Origin: the human T2T-CHM13v2.0 reference genome, Homo sapiens
DNA length: 64,000 nucleotides
Assembly: GCF_009914755.1 (NCBI RefSeq)
Contig: NC_060934.1
Direction: 5' to 3' (one strand)
The position numbers and the translations under genes were made by a program. Under the pieces are notes generated by a model. The model saw only the letters and a list, made by a program, of their open reading frames with translations. It was not told the DNA's origin and ran no database searches. Each line of letters opens with the position of its first letter. Positions within the stretch are counted from its first letter, which is position 1. Shown here piece by piece: positions 27,827 through 40,501 of this stretch.

Positions 27827-28450
27827 GGGAGACATTGTCTCTTTCTCCTCAGCTTGACTAAATTTTAGACATGTTTGTTTTTGACTATAGACTCCGTTCT
27901 CTCTTTTTAAAAACGCTTTTAGAGCACTTACTTTATAAAACTTGCAAATGTAAATTCTTAGTCTTTGTTCAAATCTCTTTGAGATTTTAAATCTTCTCCC
28001 AGACCCTATGCAGTTTTAAAACCAAGAAATATCTTTCTCAAGGGCTTGGTAGCCATTCTTCTGAAATATAATGATTAAGGAAGACAGGGTCCTGTTTTTC
28101 ACTCTCTGTAAGAAGGTAGGAAACTACCTTTGACAAACACCAATTAACAAACACATTGACCAACCTTCCCTCTAAAGTCCTCCAGCCCTTTTCTACTAGC
28201 TCATCCCACTGCTTAAGAACCCTCCTACCTTTTGTTTTATCAAAGTTGTGCTTAGTCTCTCTTCTCTACTGAAATAGTCATAATCACTCCACAACCTATG
28301 CATGTAATAACATGAGCCACATGTACCATCACAATGTATCCCATAAATATATACGATTATTATTTGTTAAGTAAAACATAAATCTTAAAAAAGTAAAAAT
28401 AAACCCTTCCTTGCCTGTTTACCTGTGTCTGGTGCATATTTCCCTTCGAC
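27827..28450 (+). mobile_element. MER67-family ERV1 LTR, with an L1 3'-terminal fragment at about 28281-28395
   Basis: ctcagcttgactaaattttagaca, ttagagcacttactttataaaacttgcaa, caattaacaaacacattgaccaacc; insert ends cccataaatatatacgattattatttgttaa plus an A-rich tail. Confidence 0.8.
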
Positions 28451-28809
28451 TATATCCACCTTTATTTTGTTGTAATACCTTAAACCAGTGAATGTAGAGG
28501 GAGAGAGGACACATCAATGGTACACAGGACAGTGTCTGGAACAAACAAATGCACTGTGTCAGGTCACAATTTCTTCCCTGGGGCATTGATGGAACAGCTT
28601 TAGGCAAATATGACAAGCAAACCCTGTACAGCCCTCCCACCCCTCTTATGGTAGTTGGCTCCTCTCTAGCCTGCTCACAATCCCTATCTGGTCATGGTCC
28701 TTTTATTTCTTTCTTAGTTCCATATTCTCCCTCCCTCTCAGACTTTTTTTCTTTATCCTAATCGGAATTTAGATTTTTCACATGAAGGAGAAAATTATCA
28801 ATCGTAACT

Positions 28810-29020
28810 AGGCCAAAAGACCATAGAGGGTTTGGAATCTCAGTTTTGCTTTGAATCCTGACTCTACCATTTTAATAAGGATGACCTTAATGAACTTATT
28901 GGATCTTTCTAAGCTTGAGTTATATATTTTCCAAAATGAGAATAATATTACCTAGCTTACATGACCACTGTGAGAGAAGTGTAAGGTATTTAAAGCAGCC
29001 AAAGGATACTGAACAAACAA
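28810..29020 (+). mobile_element. MIR
   Basis: tttgaatcctgactctacc...tgaccttaatgaactta...aaaatgagaataata. Confidence 0.7.
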
Positions 29021-31559
29021 AATAACTGAAACACAAGTGTGAAATAAATAAGTTACCTTCCCCTATAATGAAAACCAGTTGTTGAAAAGAAACAAAGAAG
29101 AAACATTGAAAGACAGCAACAACTTCAGTTATTATAACACCAATCTCGGCCATTCAAATACTGTCTCTCCTTCCCAGCAGTGACACTGATTTGCTGTGAA
29201 AATCTTCCATTTTTTGATTGTTGGTTTACTCGAGAAAATCCTCTTCTGTCTAGTAATGGACGTTAGTAGTCATTAATGGGCTCTACTCTCAACAGGGTAC
29301 AAGAAGAAGTTAATTTATGCCTGTGGCGGGTTCTGGGATTGTCCTACTAAAGAGATCCAAGATGCTTTCAAATGAAAAGCAACAAAGAACAGAAGTTAAG
29401 GTCCCAGATTTCTTCCAGAAAAGCAGACAACTCCTACCCTCAAGCTAGGCTTGCAAGAATTCTTTTTTGTCGGGATCTTAGAAGTTTAATATTTTATGAG
29501 GGAGCTATTGATATTGATGTTGAGGACATGGTAGGACTTTACTTCTCCCTCAAAGGATAATTAGCTGTATCCATCACAGTTTCACAGGTAGGGATAATTC
29601 ACTGCACCACTACTGCGCCACTGTGATATCTTCATGCTGGGCTATAAATGATTACTTCAGCATGCATTTAGTCATTTGGAAATTTAAATATCTACTGTAG
29701 ACTCTGAGACTGCTCTAAAATCAAATTCCAGAAAAGAGCAGTAAAGAGAATAAAAAAAGATGAATTTTTGCTATAGTTCCTCTAGAAAGGGTTAATCTTA
29801 GGGGAGCATAAAAGAATGTTTTCCAAAACAGACTGGCTGTCGGATAGTAGATAAATAATTACTTTCAGTCACATACTAGAGGTTTTTTTTTTTCTCTCTC
29901 TCTTCATCTTCAGGCTCCTGTATTTTCTCTGCACAATGTTGTGTGCCTCATAGAGTGTGACACAGAGTCATCTGCTCTCAGAGCCCAGATGCTCTGAAGG
30001 TAAACTCTGTGCGCCCAGTGCCTGGGCTCATAGACAAATAACAGCCTAGGGACAGTCCTGCAGCTATCCCGTTCCCAGAGTGCCCAGATGACATTTGTAC
30101 TTGACCAAAGTTCTAGAAAAAAACTTTTGCTGTCTCCAAGTATCCTGAAGTAGAGCCAAGACTTCTCAGTAGTTGAGTAGTTGAAGGAAACTTGGCTTAT
30201 TCTACTTTCCATAAATGCCAGTATATAGAAATTAATTAACTAATCATCTAGACAGGCTTACAAAATTGTGGTATACTTTACATGTTCACAGTTTACAAAT
30301 AATACTTTTACACATACACACACATCAAAAATCGAAATACAATTGTCCTATTCAAAAGATAATTTCAGAACCAATACAAAATATCATCTTACCATTCAGC
30401 ATTGACAGTGTGCTTTAGTAATGACATATAAGCTTAAAATTGAATAATGAACATTTTAAAATCAAATTCAATTAAGCTATCACTGCAATTAAATGTGTAT
30501 TTTTATTTGGATTTATAACAATCCTAAAATAATTTGAGATTCTTTAGATGACACTTTGCCCCATAAGAAGCTTTGGAAATATTATCTGACTCCTTAAAAT
30601 AACTGTTACCATTTTAAAGAACAATTATTTGATTTAGCTCTGGGCCCCCAACAATAAAACCTTAACTCTTTATGCATATGAATCATTAGCTTTCTCTTAT
30701 CTGTCTCGGTACTGCTATCATCTGCCAATTATACATCACAAATATGTCATTGTTAAAACAGACCTAACAATTACACAGAAAATAGACTTCATTTTCAGAA
30801 GGCATCATTCTCACTACTCTTCTAAGAGATTTATACATATGAGTCTTGACCCTCAATTTAGTGCAGGTCTGATGGGCAAAAATATGCAGTTCCATGTCCA
30901 TGGTGACCCAATTACAATATGTTGTGTATTTTAAATGCTTGACTGGGATGTGAAAAGAATGAATTATGTTCTATAATAAATAGCATAAGCTCTAAAGCTA
31001 GAAAAACACAAATTCAAATCCCTAGAACAAATTACTTAACGTATCTAGGCCACTGCTGGATTAGAATAGTGTAATAATAACATATTATTTTAGGTTTTCT
31101 TTAAGATTTATATATAAAGTACTAGTAAAATACCAAGTATACAATCCTATTAATACATAATGAGATTACAGTCAAATTGTGATTTTTCAGAGGTTGCTTA
31201 ATAGCAGTTAAAATGAAACAATTGTTATTAATAGTCACTGTATTTACAGAAACACAAAATATTAGAAATTAATTAAACTATTTCTAGATTGGATGACAAC
31301 TCTTCTTTGAAATATGACATTCAGTCTAAGATCAGCAGATCCCTGTATTACCTCATGCAGCAAGTGTTACTTTGGGGAAAATATACCTGTAAAATCAGCA
31401 TAGTTAATGATCAGATTGTGATGTACAACATGTCATGTTCCAGACATTGGATAAGGATGACAACTTGGTATAGTCTTTTGGGGGAGATAATGACTGTTAG
31501 AGTGAGGGAGAAGGAATTATTGACTAAAACAAGATGCCCTGAGTAGCAGACTGCTAGCT

Positions 31560-31973
31560 ATTCAGGGAAAATCCTTAAAAAAAAATTCTGGGTACAAAGC
31601 TAGACTGCATTTCCCATATCTGCTTGCAGTAGGTGCGACCATGTGACTTAGTTCTAGCCAATAAACAAAAGCAGAAAGCCCCACTTTTAGATTTGATTAA
31701 TAGACATACCCCCATGATTCTCTCCATGTTCTTTCTGCTATGCCATGACCAAACGTACATGAAGATTATACTGCAAGGGATAGAGAGATCACATGATGAA
31801 AGCTTCTGAATTCCTGAATCACCACAACGAGGAAAGTTATCAGCTGACCAGAAACACATGCCTTGGACTATTATGTAAGCAAAATACATAAATAATAACT
31901 CTTCTGCTGTGGTTGTGCCACTTTCCAAGTTAAGATCTCTTTGTTGCTATTGTTGGCCTGCATTAAAAATACA
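31560..31973 (+). mobile_element. MLT1 (H/I/J-like) LTR
   Basis: gctagactgcatttccca...gaccatgtgacttagttctagccaat...cctgaatcaccac; ends aataca. Confidence 0.75.
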
Positions 31974-32037
31974 GCCGAGTGTTGTGCTTGGCCATTTAGA
32001 CCACCCACTAGACTGCAGACACCTGAGAGAAACTTGA

Positions 32038-32500
32038 GGGGTGCTTTGTTATAGCAGCCCTAAGAAACAACATATTTTATAACAAAAGATATTTAAAACA
32101 TCAGTTCTGGTGGCTAGCAGTTCAAAATCAAGATGTTGGCTAGGCCATGCCCCTGTGAAAACTCTAGGAGAATCCTTACTTACTTCTTCCCAGGAAGCTT
32201 TGGTATCCCTTGGCTTGAGCCTTCCTATAAGTCCAATCTCTGTTCATTGTCAATGGTGTTCTTCCTGTGTTTCTGTGTTTACATGGTCATCTTCATATAA
32301 GAATACAATTCATATTGGATTAAGGGCTCACTTTGTTCCAGGATGACATTATCTTAACTCATTACATCTGCAACGACCCTTTTTCCAAATCAGGTCACAT
32401 TCTAAGACACTAGGAGTTAGGGCTTCAACTTAACATTTGTGTGTGTGTATGTGTGTGTCTGTGTGTGTGAGTGTGTGTGTTACAATTTAGTCTATAATAG
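32038..32500 (-). mobile_element. MLT1B/C LTR with a (TG)n tract
   Basis: cagttctggtggctagcagttcaaaatcaagatgttgg, catattggattaagggctcac, ttacatctgcaacgacc, aggtcacattct. Confidence 0.85.
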
Positions 32501-32709
32501 TTAGTATTAAGAATTAGTAAAACATACTTTTGTATCATTATCTCACAAGGTGTCCCAAATGGCTCTTCTCTATACTCTTTCCGAATGTTAAGACCCAATG
32601 CCAGGTCTCTCTCGTTCAGCAGATTTCTCTAATGCTCTAAAACACAAAATTTGCTCCCTTCTAGGAAATCCGGTGTTATTGAAAATCTAAACCTTTAGCC
32701 TTTGTTGCC

Positions 32710-33411
32710 ATTGGTGGCTAGTGATACCATGTCAAGATTAGCACAGAAAAGCATAACCACTGTAATCACTGGGATACACGGATCACACATACACACACAC
32801 ACACTCACATGCACACACACATATGGTTTAAAATTAGCTATTGATCTTAAGTAGTGGTGGGAGCTTATTAAACAGTCTTTTTGAGGTGGCCATTTCTGGG
32901 GCAGGTATTAGAAACTAAAATCTAAAGGGGCAGGTAGACAAAAGTTGAATGGTGCAAACAATGGCAAAGTGGAATCTGCAAGGTTGTTCTGGTACCCATG
33001 GTAAACAGGAACTGGGGTCAGTCTCTCATTGCCTCTAAGCTTCCACCTTCTATGACACAGGTGTACTGGAGGAGAAAGTGATGCATTTCATCATGAAACT
33101 AAATATCTACTTGACCCAGAAACTGAAAAGTTGAAGGCGGGCATCCAATAGCGGTCGTTGATCTACAGCCCTATATCAACCAGGTGGGATAACAGGTGAC
33201 CGACGCCATACTCGAGCTTCAAAAGTACCTGTGTACTACTCTCAGCCGTCTGAATCTAAATACAAAAGGTGACTCCTGGTTCTCTTTGTCTTCCCAATCT
33301 ATTACAAGATTTCTCCTGTACTCTGCCACATGTACAACAAATATCCAGAAAAGAGAATTCTGGAAACCACAGTTCAAGCCTAATTAAGTTGATGTAATAC
33401 AAATCTACCAC
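32710..33411 (-). mobile_element. MLT2F-like ERVL LTR
   Basis: Terminus gagaattctggaaaccacagttcaagcctaattaagttgat...ctaccac, with a (CA)n tract near the other end. Confidence 0.6.
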
Positions 33412-33474
33412 GCTAATGATCTTTTAATGATTTAAAGTACAGCTGCTTTCTTTCTTTGTTGATTTATTATTTAA

Positions 33475-33750
33475 TTGAATGAATACTCATTACTCACATT
33501 ATTTCTTTAATAATCTGTAATATGTATGAATTCAGCTGGAATTAATAAGACATGGTCCCTTGAGTCATACAACTTCTAGTCCATCAAAGAAACAGATGTA
33601 CAATCATATAACTAGCACACAATTTAATTATGTTGTTAATAAATGCTTTTATAATGGTATATACAAAGTGGTATAGAAGCTTAGAGAAAACGGTGACCAA
33701 CACTGTCCTGAGGTAATAAGGAAAGTTTCACAAGGAAAATATTTTTGTTT
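33475..33750 (-). mobile_element. L2 fragment
   Basis: aataagacatggtcccttg...cttctagtc...ggaaagtttcacaagga. Confidence 0.6.
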
Positions 33751-33759
33751 GCCTGCATT

Positions 33760-34985
33760 GATACAAAAGAGTCATCTTCAAGCTCTGAGATTCTTTCCTC
33801 AGCTTGGTGAATTCTGTTGTCAATATTTCTAATTATGAAATTCCTATAGTGAACTTTTCATTTCCAGAAGTTCAGTTTGGTTCTTTTTTAAAATGGCTGT
33901 GTCATCTTTCAACGTTTAGATCATTGTGTCCTCTTCATTGGATTCAGTTTCAACCTTCTTCTGTATCTTGTTGAGCTTGCTTGTCATCCAGATTCCGAAT
34001 TTTATGTCTCACGTTTCAGCCATTTCAACGTGGTAAGAACTATTGCTAAAGAGCTTGTATGATCACTTGGAGATAAGAAGACACTCTGGCTTTTAGAGTT
34101 GCCAAAGTTCTTGTATGGGTTTTTTCTTATCTGTGAGGACAGATGATCCTTTATCCTTTGATGTTACTGTCCTTTGGATATGGCTTTTTGCTTTTATGTT
34201 CTTTTTTTGCCCTTGAGTTTTGACTGTGGTACGAGATAAGCATAGTCAAATGGCTTTGTTTCTGGTTGCTTTCACAGACCCAAGGCTCATCTTGGCACTC
34301 CTGGGTTATGTGCTCTAACACGGGGGTGCCGGGACAAGGCCCACAGCTTTGTTCCCTTGAGGTTGAAAACTGGCTATTGTGGGGGAGCACCAATGTGCTC
34401 CCAGACCACTGGCAACAGCACTCTGCTGAGGGTTGTGGATGAAAGTGCTCTGGTAGGGTGGCAATGAGGTCATAGGTGAAAGTGCTCCAGTGGGTCATCA
34501 GCAAAATTGCTTCAGTGAGGCAGCGGGGGTCACCAGTGAAAGTTGTATAATGGTGGCCACTGGCAAAAGCACTCTGGGAGGGCAGCTGAGGCTGCACTGT
34601 GAGCCAGTGTGGCCAGACAGGGACTCAGAGAAGCTGGTGACAGGGGGATGTGCAGATTAGACGTGCTCTGGTCCTGCAAGAAACAGCCCTGCTCTGTCCA
34701 TGTCCACCAGTGAACAAAGGCCAGAACTATCTGGAGGAGTATGGAGAGCCTTGATGGGCGCCTATAGCTGTGTTCCACTGCAGCTGTCCCCGTGCCAAAC
34801 CACCTGGGCTCCAGGTGGATTTGAGCTCTGTCTGTCTGCTCTCTGGGCCATTTCCCTGCCAACTCAAATGTCTGTGGGGGTTATGGGGGCTCCTGCAGCT
34901 AGGATTCTGGAAGTCCATGGTGGGAAGGGACCACTCTGCATTTATTTCACTCAGCTCTTCTTTAGGAGCCATTCAAGCCTAGAGA
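33760..34985 (-). mobile_element. L1 (L1P4/L1PA15-16-like) 5' UTR and ORF1 start, no 3' part
   Basis: tcttcaagctctgagattctttcctcagcttgg, ggagataagaagacactctggcttttagagttgcc, followed by GC-richer 5' UTR sequence. Confidence 0.8.
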
Positions 34986-35759
34986 TTTTGTTTTGTTTTG
35001 TTTTAGCTCTGAAAGTCTTTTGTGCTGGGAAACCCCTCAGTCCTGGGCAAACCTGAATGTTTAAGAACATTCTTCCTTCTCTGAGTGAAAAACCTAAATT
35101 GTATTCTTTAAGGAAATTTTTACAAAAAGGATTATATATTCTAAAGATCCTTGCTCCATGGGGAAAAGGGCACCTTTTTAAGATGCAAATAAAATCAGCT
35201 TTTTGTTTTGGAGACTTTCTCGACTACTTTCACTGAGAATTGAAGCTGCCTTATTTGGTGTCTCCAGAATCCCAGACCTGGCCAAGGGAAGAGCGCCCTC
35301 TATGAGTAGAGCTATGCCTATGCAGGCCATAAAGCTAAAGTAGACCTGTCCAAGTATAGCTTTTTCTACTGTGAGCATTCTTTTTTTTTTTTTTTTTTTT
35401 GTATTATGACTTCATTTACTTTGTAATATAATTTTTAGATACCAATTGGCATTTTTCCTGGGAACATAATTTGGTGACTCAGCCAAGTGTAAATGTAAAA
35501 AAGTGTTAATGTGTTAGGAATCAACTTTTTTTTTTTTCTGCAGAAGATTCAAGTAACACGACTCCTTAGCTTACTCATTTAGCACTATCCATTGTCTTCA
35601 CCCAAAGTTCTCCTATTTGTGGGTCATTATGGAGGTCGTTATCCACAGACTTTCTCTGTGAATATCCAAAGATGCTTTATGCAAGCTACAAAATCACAGT
35701 AAAGGATAAGCTGTTTGGGAAATAGAGGGAGACTTTAAACCACAGTGGTGCTTACAACT

Positions 35760-35938
35760 CAGGCTGAGGGTTCCCGCATATGGTTGTGCATCTGGCTTTG
35801 AGGCTGGCAGAGTTGGAATCTAGTCTGCGGTCTCCTCATCAACACAGCCCCGATGGAGTTGTACCTGGCCAGAGGCGGCATCTTTCTCTAATTCAGATAA
35901 AGGTACTACATGGCATTATATAGACTAGACCAGGCCCT
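35760..35938 (+). mobile_element. MER91A-like hAT-Tip100 element
   Basis: ggttgtgca...gccccgatggagttgt...tctaattcagataaagg...ggccctg end. Confidence 0.5.
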
Positions 35939-35979
35939 GGACCTTTTGTTAAGTTTGCTATATAATTCTAACTTGCAAT

Positions 35980-36420
35980 GTATAATTTAGGATGATTTTT
36001 GGTTACAAATAGGGTAGCAGACAAATTAACAAAAACGTGAACTTTTTTACTCAGAAAGGGAATTTGCTGGAATAACAATAGAACTTACCAACAGTTTTGT
36101 AACTGGACTTCAGAAATATTAGAACCATCAAGATGCTATCCTCTTTTTATTGTGTTAGCCTTGTTCTTCTATCTTACCTCAGAACAGCTTTCTCCTCATG
36201 GCCAAAACACAACTGCCAAGAGCTGCCTAGTTTTATGTCTCACAGATTTAGTCCCAGGGAGAGAGTGATCATATTGTTTTTCCTCTGGAAGACACTCATT
36301 GCCCCAGCTTGGGTCAAGTACCCAATCGAACTTAGCTGGAATGAAGTCCCATGAAAATGTTATACCTCTAGAAACAATATAGATGGAGTAGAGGCTGGAG
36401 GAGCTGTCTCCTTGGACAAA
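35980..36420 (-). mobile_element. Old MLT1 (J/K/L-like) LTR
   Basis: ttaggatgattttggttacaaat, ctcattgccccagcttgggtcaagtaccc. Confidence 0.55.
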
Positions 36421-36981
36421 GAGAAATACCTGTCCCAGAATGTGATCTGAATGTCAATCTGAACAATTAAGTGTCATCTCAACTATGTAAAAAAGGTAAG
36501 GCCGTGAATTAATCACAGATTTGAATTTCATTCCCTGCAAAGCAAAGTACAAAAAAATAAGTCAAAGATACATACCCACCCTAAGCCCTCAAAAGTTTCA
36601 CCCCTCAATTCTAACTTGGATACTTCTTACATTTTATCCTGTTTAAATTCTGCTCGCTCCAAGGCTCAATTTCCTTTAGTAAGACTTCCCCAGTGTCATA
36701 TTCTTCATTGACTTTTCTCTTCTGTCCATTTCTGAGGTACTGATAGCTTAATTCACACATTACCTCTCTTGATCATGCATTGAGCCAATTATTAATACAT
36801 GACTATTAATTAGCAACAATCACCTACCTTCTATTTTCTGCATGGTGAACCAGTGCTAGGTGTACTCTCTGTAAACATGTTTAAGAATGGATTCTGGGAG
36901 ACTATAACTTGGCATTGCTTTTGCAAAGAAGATTGGCTAGACTCACAGTAAGTCTAACAGATGAGTGCCAGGGAAACTTAC

Positions 36982-37501
36982 TGTATTACTCAGAGTTCTC
37001 CGGAGAAACAGAACCAGTAGAAGATAAATAAATAGATAGATAGATAATAGTGAGAATTGGTTCACTCAATTATGGAGGCTAAGAAGTCCCATGATATGCC
37101 ATCTACAAGCTTGAGAGCCAGGGAAGTTCATGGTATAACTCAGTCTGAGTCCAAAGGTCTGAGATCCTGGGAAGCTACTGTAATAAGTCCCAGAGCATAA
37201 GCTGGAGAACCTGGAGTTCTGATGGCCAAGGGCAGGACAAAATGGATGTCTCAGCTCCAGAAGAGAGGATGAACCCTCTTTTCCTCACCCTTTTTGTTCT
37301 ATGTGGGCCTTCAATGGATTGGATAATGCCCACCCTCCAGCCCCCCAACAGTGGTGAAGTCAGATCTTCTTTACTCAGTCTACTGACTTAAATGTTAATC
37401 TTTTCTGAAAATACTCTTACAGACCTACCCAGAATCAGTTTCACCAACTATCTGGATATTCCTTAACCCAGCCAAGTTGATACCTAAAATTAACCACCAC
37501 A
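36982..37501 (-). mobile_element. MLT2B/C ERVL solo LTR
   Basis: tgtattactcagagttctccggagaaacagaacc ... ccaagttgatacctaaaattaaccaccaca. Confidence 0.9.
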
Positions 37502-38441
37502 CTATTTTGGACTCACTGAAGTATATGCTATGGAATGACCTCAGGCTGGAAGCTGAGACACAGGTGTGGGTAACATAAGACATACGTCTCTGCCCCTCCC
37601 CCACCATAAATTGCTATAAATGAGTGGACTGAAAAGACCATTATTCTGTCTCTTCAATTTTCTACTTATGGTAACTTTTTAGGTAAAGAGGAAGTTCAGA
37701 AAACTTTTAGAAGGGGTACTTTTTGTAATTTCTAGAAGGCAGAGGTGTTTGTGTTTCAACATACATTTCCAGATGTGATGCAAGTCAGTGAATGTGATTA
37801 GAATACCAGCTCACTAATTTGAAGTAATTAAATGGAAATCAATTTAAATTGGTGGAAAAACACATTTTGAGCCATATTTAAAAGGCACAATAACTAGAAT
37901 TTGACAAACAAAATGTTACAGGAAAATGCTCCACAGAGAGAACTTTGTTTAGGGAACTCTTCATGAAGGCTTGCATTAGCATATTTATTGTTAGGGTGTC
38001 AACAATGTTCCCAGAGTAATGGAAAACAATATTTTCTCTGAAGTAAAATAATGCATTCTTTTATACTTGTTACATTATTTGCATTTAATTTAACCTCTAA
38101 ATGGCTTATTCTTTTGTGTAGTATTGTACTTTGCAGTTCAAAAGCATCTTCTCATTTATACCTTGCATGATCTATCAGGTAAATAAAGTAGAATTGCTAG
38201 ACTTCCTCGAGCAAGAATGTGAGGCTTAAAGATAATTTATGAATTTCCTGAGACTGAAGACGTGTGAGTCATGTGATGGGATCAGAAAGCAATAGACTCC
38301 AGTTCATTCTGATACATCAAGTAACCATGGATCTGAATTACACCAATATTAAGACATTGAAGTCTAAATACATTGCATTTTTCTTTAGAGGCAAATGTTG
38401 ATATACCCATAGGAAAACTGCAGGTTTAAAAATAATCCATC

Positions 38442-38731
<290 letters not shown>

Positions 38732-38912
38732 AATAATTCATCAAATACAAAACTCTCATCACTCCTAGAATAATTCCTCAAGTTGTTAGGGACAATGTGT
38801 AGGAGGCATGATAGGCTTGGAGGAAAAACAGTCCCTCCCTGCTGATTCTGGCTGAACTAAATTGTGCTCTAAATTTTATCACATCCTTTTTTGTTGACCG
38901 ATAACATCTGAC

Positions 38913-39264
38913 TGATAACGGGGTCCCCACATAAATCTCATCTCAAACTATAATGCCTACATGTTGATGGAGGGACCCCGTGGCAGGTGATTGCATCATA
39001 GGGGAAGTTTTCTACATGCTGTTCTCATGATAGTGAGTGAGTTTTTACAAGATCTGATGGTTTTATAAGGGGCTCTTTCCTCTTGGTGCTCTCTCTTTTG
39101 CTCACTTACATGGGTAAGACATGCCTGCTTCCCCTTCCTCCATGATTGTAAGTTTCTGAGGCCTCTCCAGCCATGCAGAACTGTGAGTAAATTAAACTTG
39201 TTTTCTTTATAAATTACCCAGTTTTTGGCTGTTCTTTAGAGCAGTGAGTAAACAAACTAATACA
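38913..39264 (+). mobile_element. THE1C/D solo LTR
   Basis: tgata...catgctgttctcatgatagtgagtgag...ctaataca; TSD ctgac/ttgac. Confidence 0.9.
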
Positions 39265-39881
39265 TTGACATATTACAATTGGAAAATAATAATGTATCTG
39301 GGTCAAGTTAAATATATGTAATCAAATACATATGTGTGTGTCTTTGTGTGTATATATTACATATAAGTTTGTATATATAATCATATCACATATTATGTAT
39401 AGTGTCATATATGTAAAATATACTATTTGCATTATAAATACACAGTCACTTATATTTACTTAAATACATTAATGATATTTTTTTCCTTCTCCATCTAATG
39501 AAAGCAGATAATTGGACTTAATGATATTTTGAGGTTGCATTCAGTATCCTCTATCTTTTCTCTCTGTCTGTACTCCTCCGGCAGAGATGTGTTTATAGCG
39601 GAAATTGGATTTACTGTTTGCATAAACCAATATCTTTAGCTGGTGGCTGTGCAGGTCCAATTAACTCCTCTAACAATACAACTGAAATGAGGTTATTGGA
39701 TTATGTTGGTAGGCAATTAAAGTTGATTGGATCAAATACTCCTTGTAAACTTATTTAAAATTAAGAAAATATATCTAAAAATACTGCATAGAATGCTGAG
39801 ACATCTTGGAGAAAATTGGAAGATTTATTCATTTATCTTATATGAGGCAATGCAGCATATGGCCCCTAATTTATGCTGAGA

Positions 39882-40458
39882 TTTTTTTCAATTTTTTTTT
39901 GGAGATTTAATTGACAAATATCATATATATTAAAGGTGTACAATATAACGATTTGATATACATATACATTGTGTAATAATTTCCACAATCAAATTAACAC
40001 ATCCATCACCACTCGCGTTTTATCTTAAATACCCACAACTTATTTATCTTATATATGAAAGTTTGTACCTTTTGACCAACTTCCCCCCAATCCCCCTACC
40101 TCCTAGCCCTAGTGGTTGCTTTTCAACTCTCTGCTTCTGTAGGTTTGACTTTTTTAGAGTCCACATATAAGTGAGATCATACAATATTTATCTTTTGGTC
40201 TCTGGCTTACTTCATTTAGCAAAATGTCTTCCAGGTTCATCCATGTTGTTGCAAATGGCAAGATTTTCTTACATTTTATGGCTGAATAACATTTTGTGTG
40301 TGTGTATGTGTGTGTGCATATCACATATTCCTTACCAATTCATCCATCAATCATAGCTGAATAATATTCCCTGTGTGTGTGTCTAGGTATGTCTGTGTGT
40401 GTGTTTATATCTCACATTTTCTTTATCCATTCATCCATCTGTTATGGTTGAATAATAT

Positions 40459-40501
<43 letters not shown>

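Noticed and set aside
34986-35400. (TTTTG)n and T21 tracts suggesting a minus-strand processed pseudogene
   Set aside because: No TSD, no recognisable parent transcript and no properly placed polyadenylation signal
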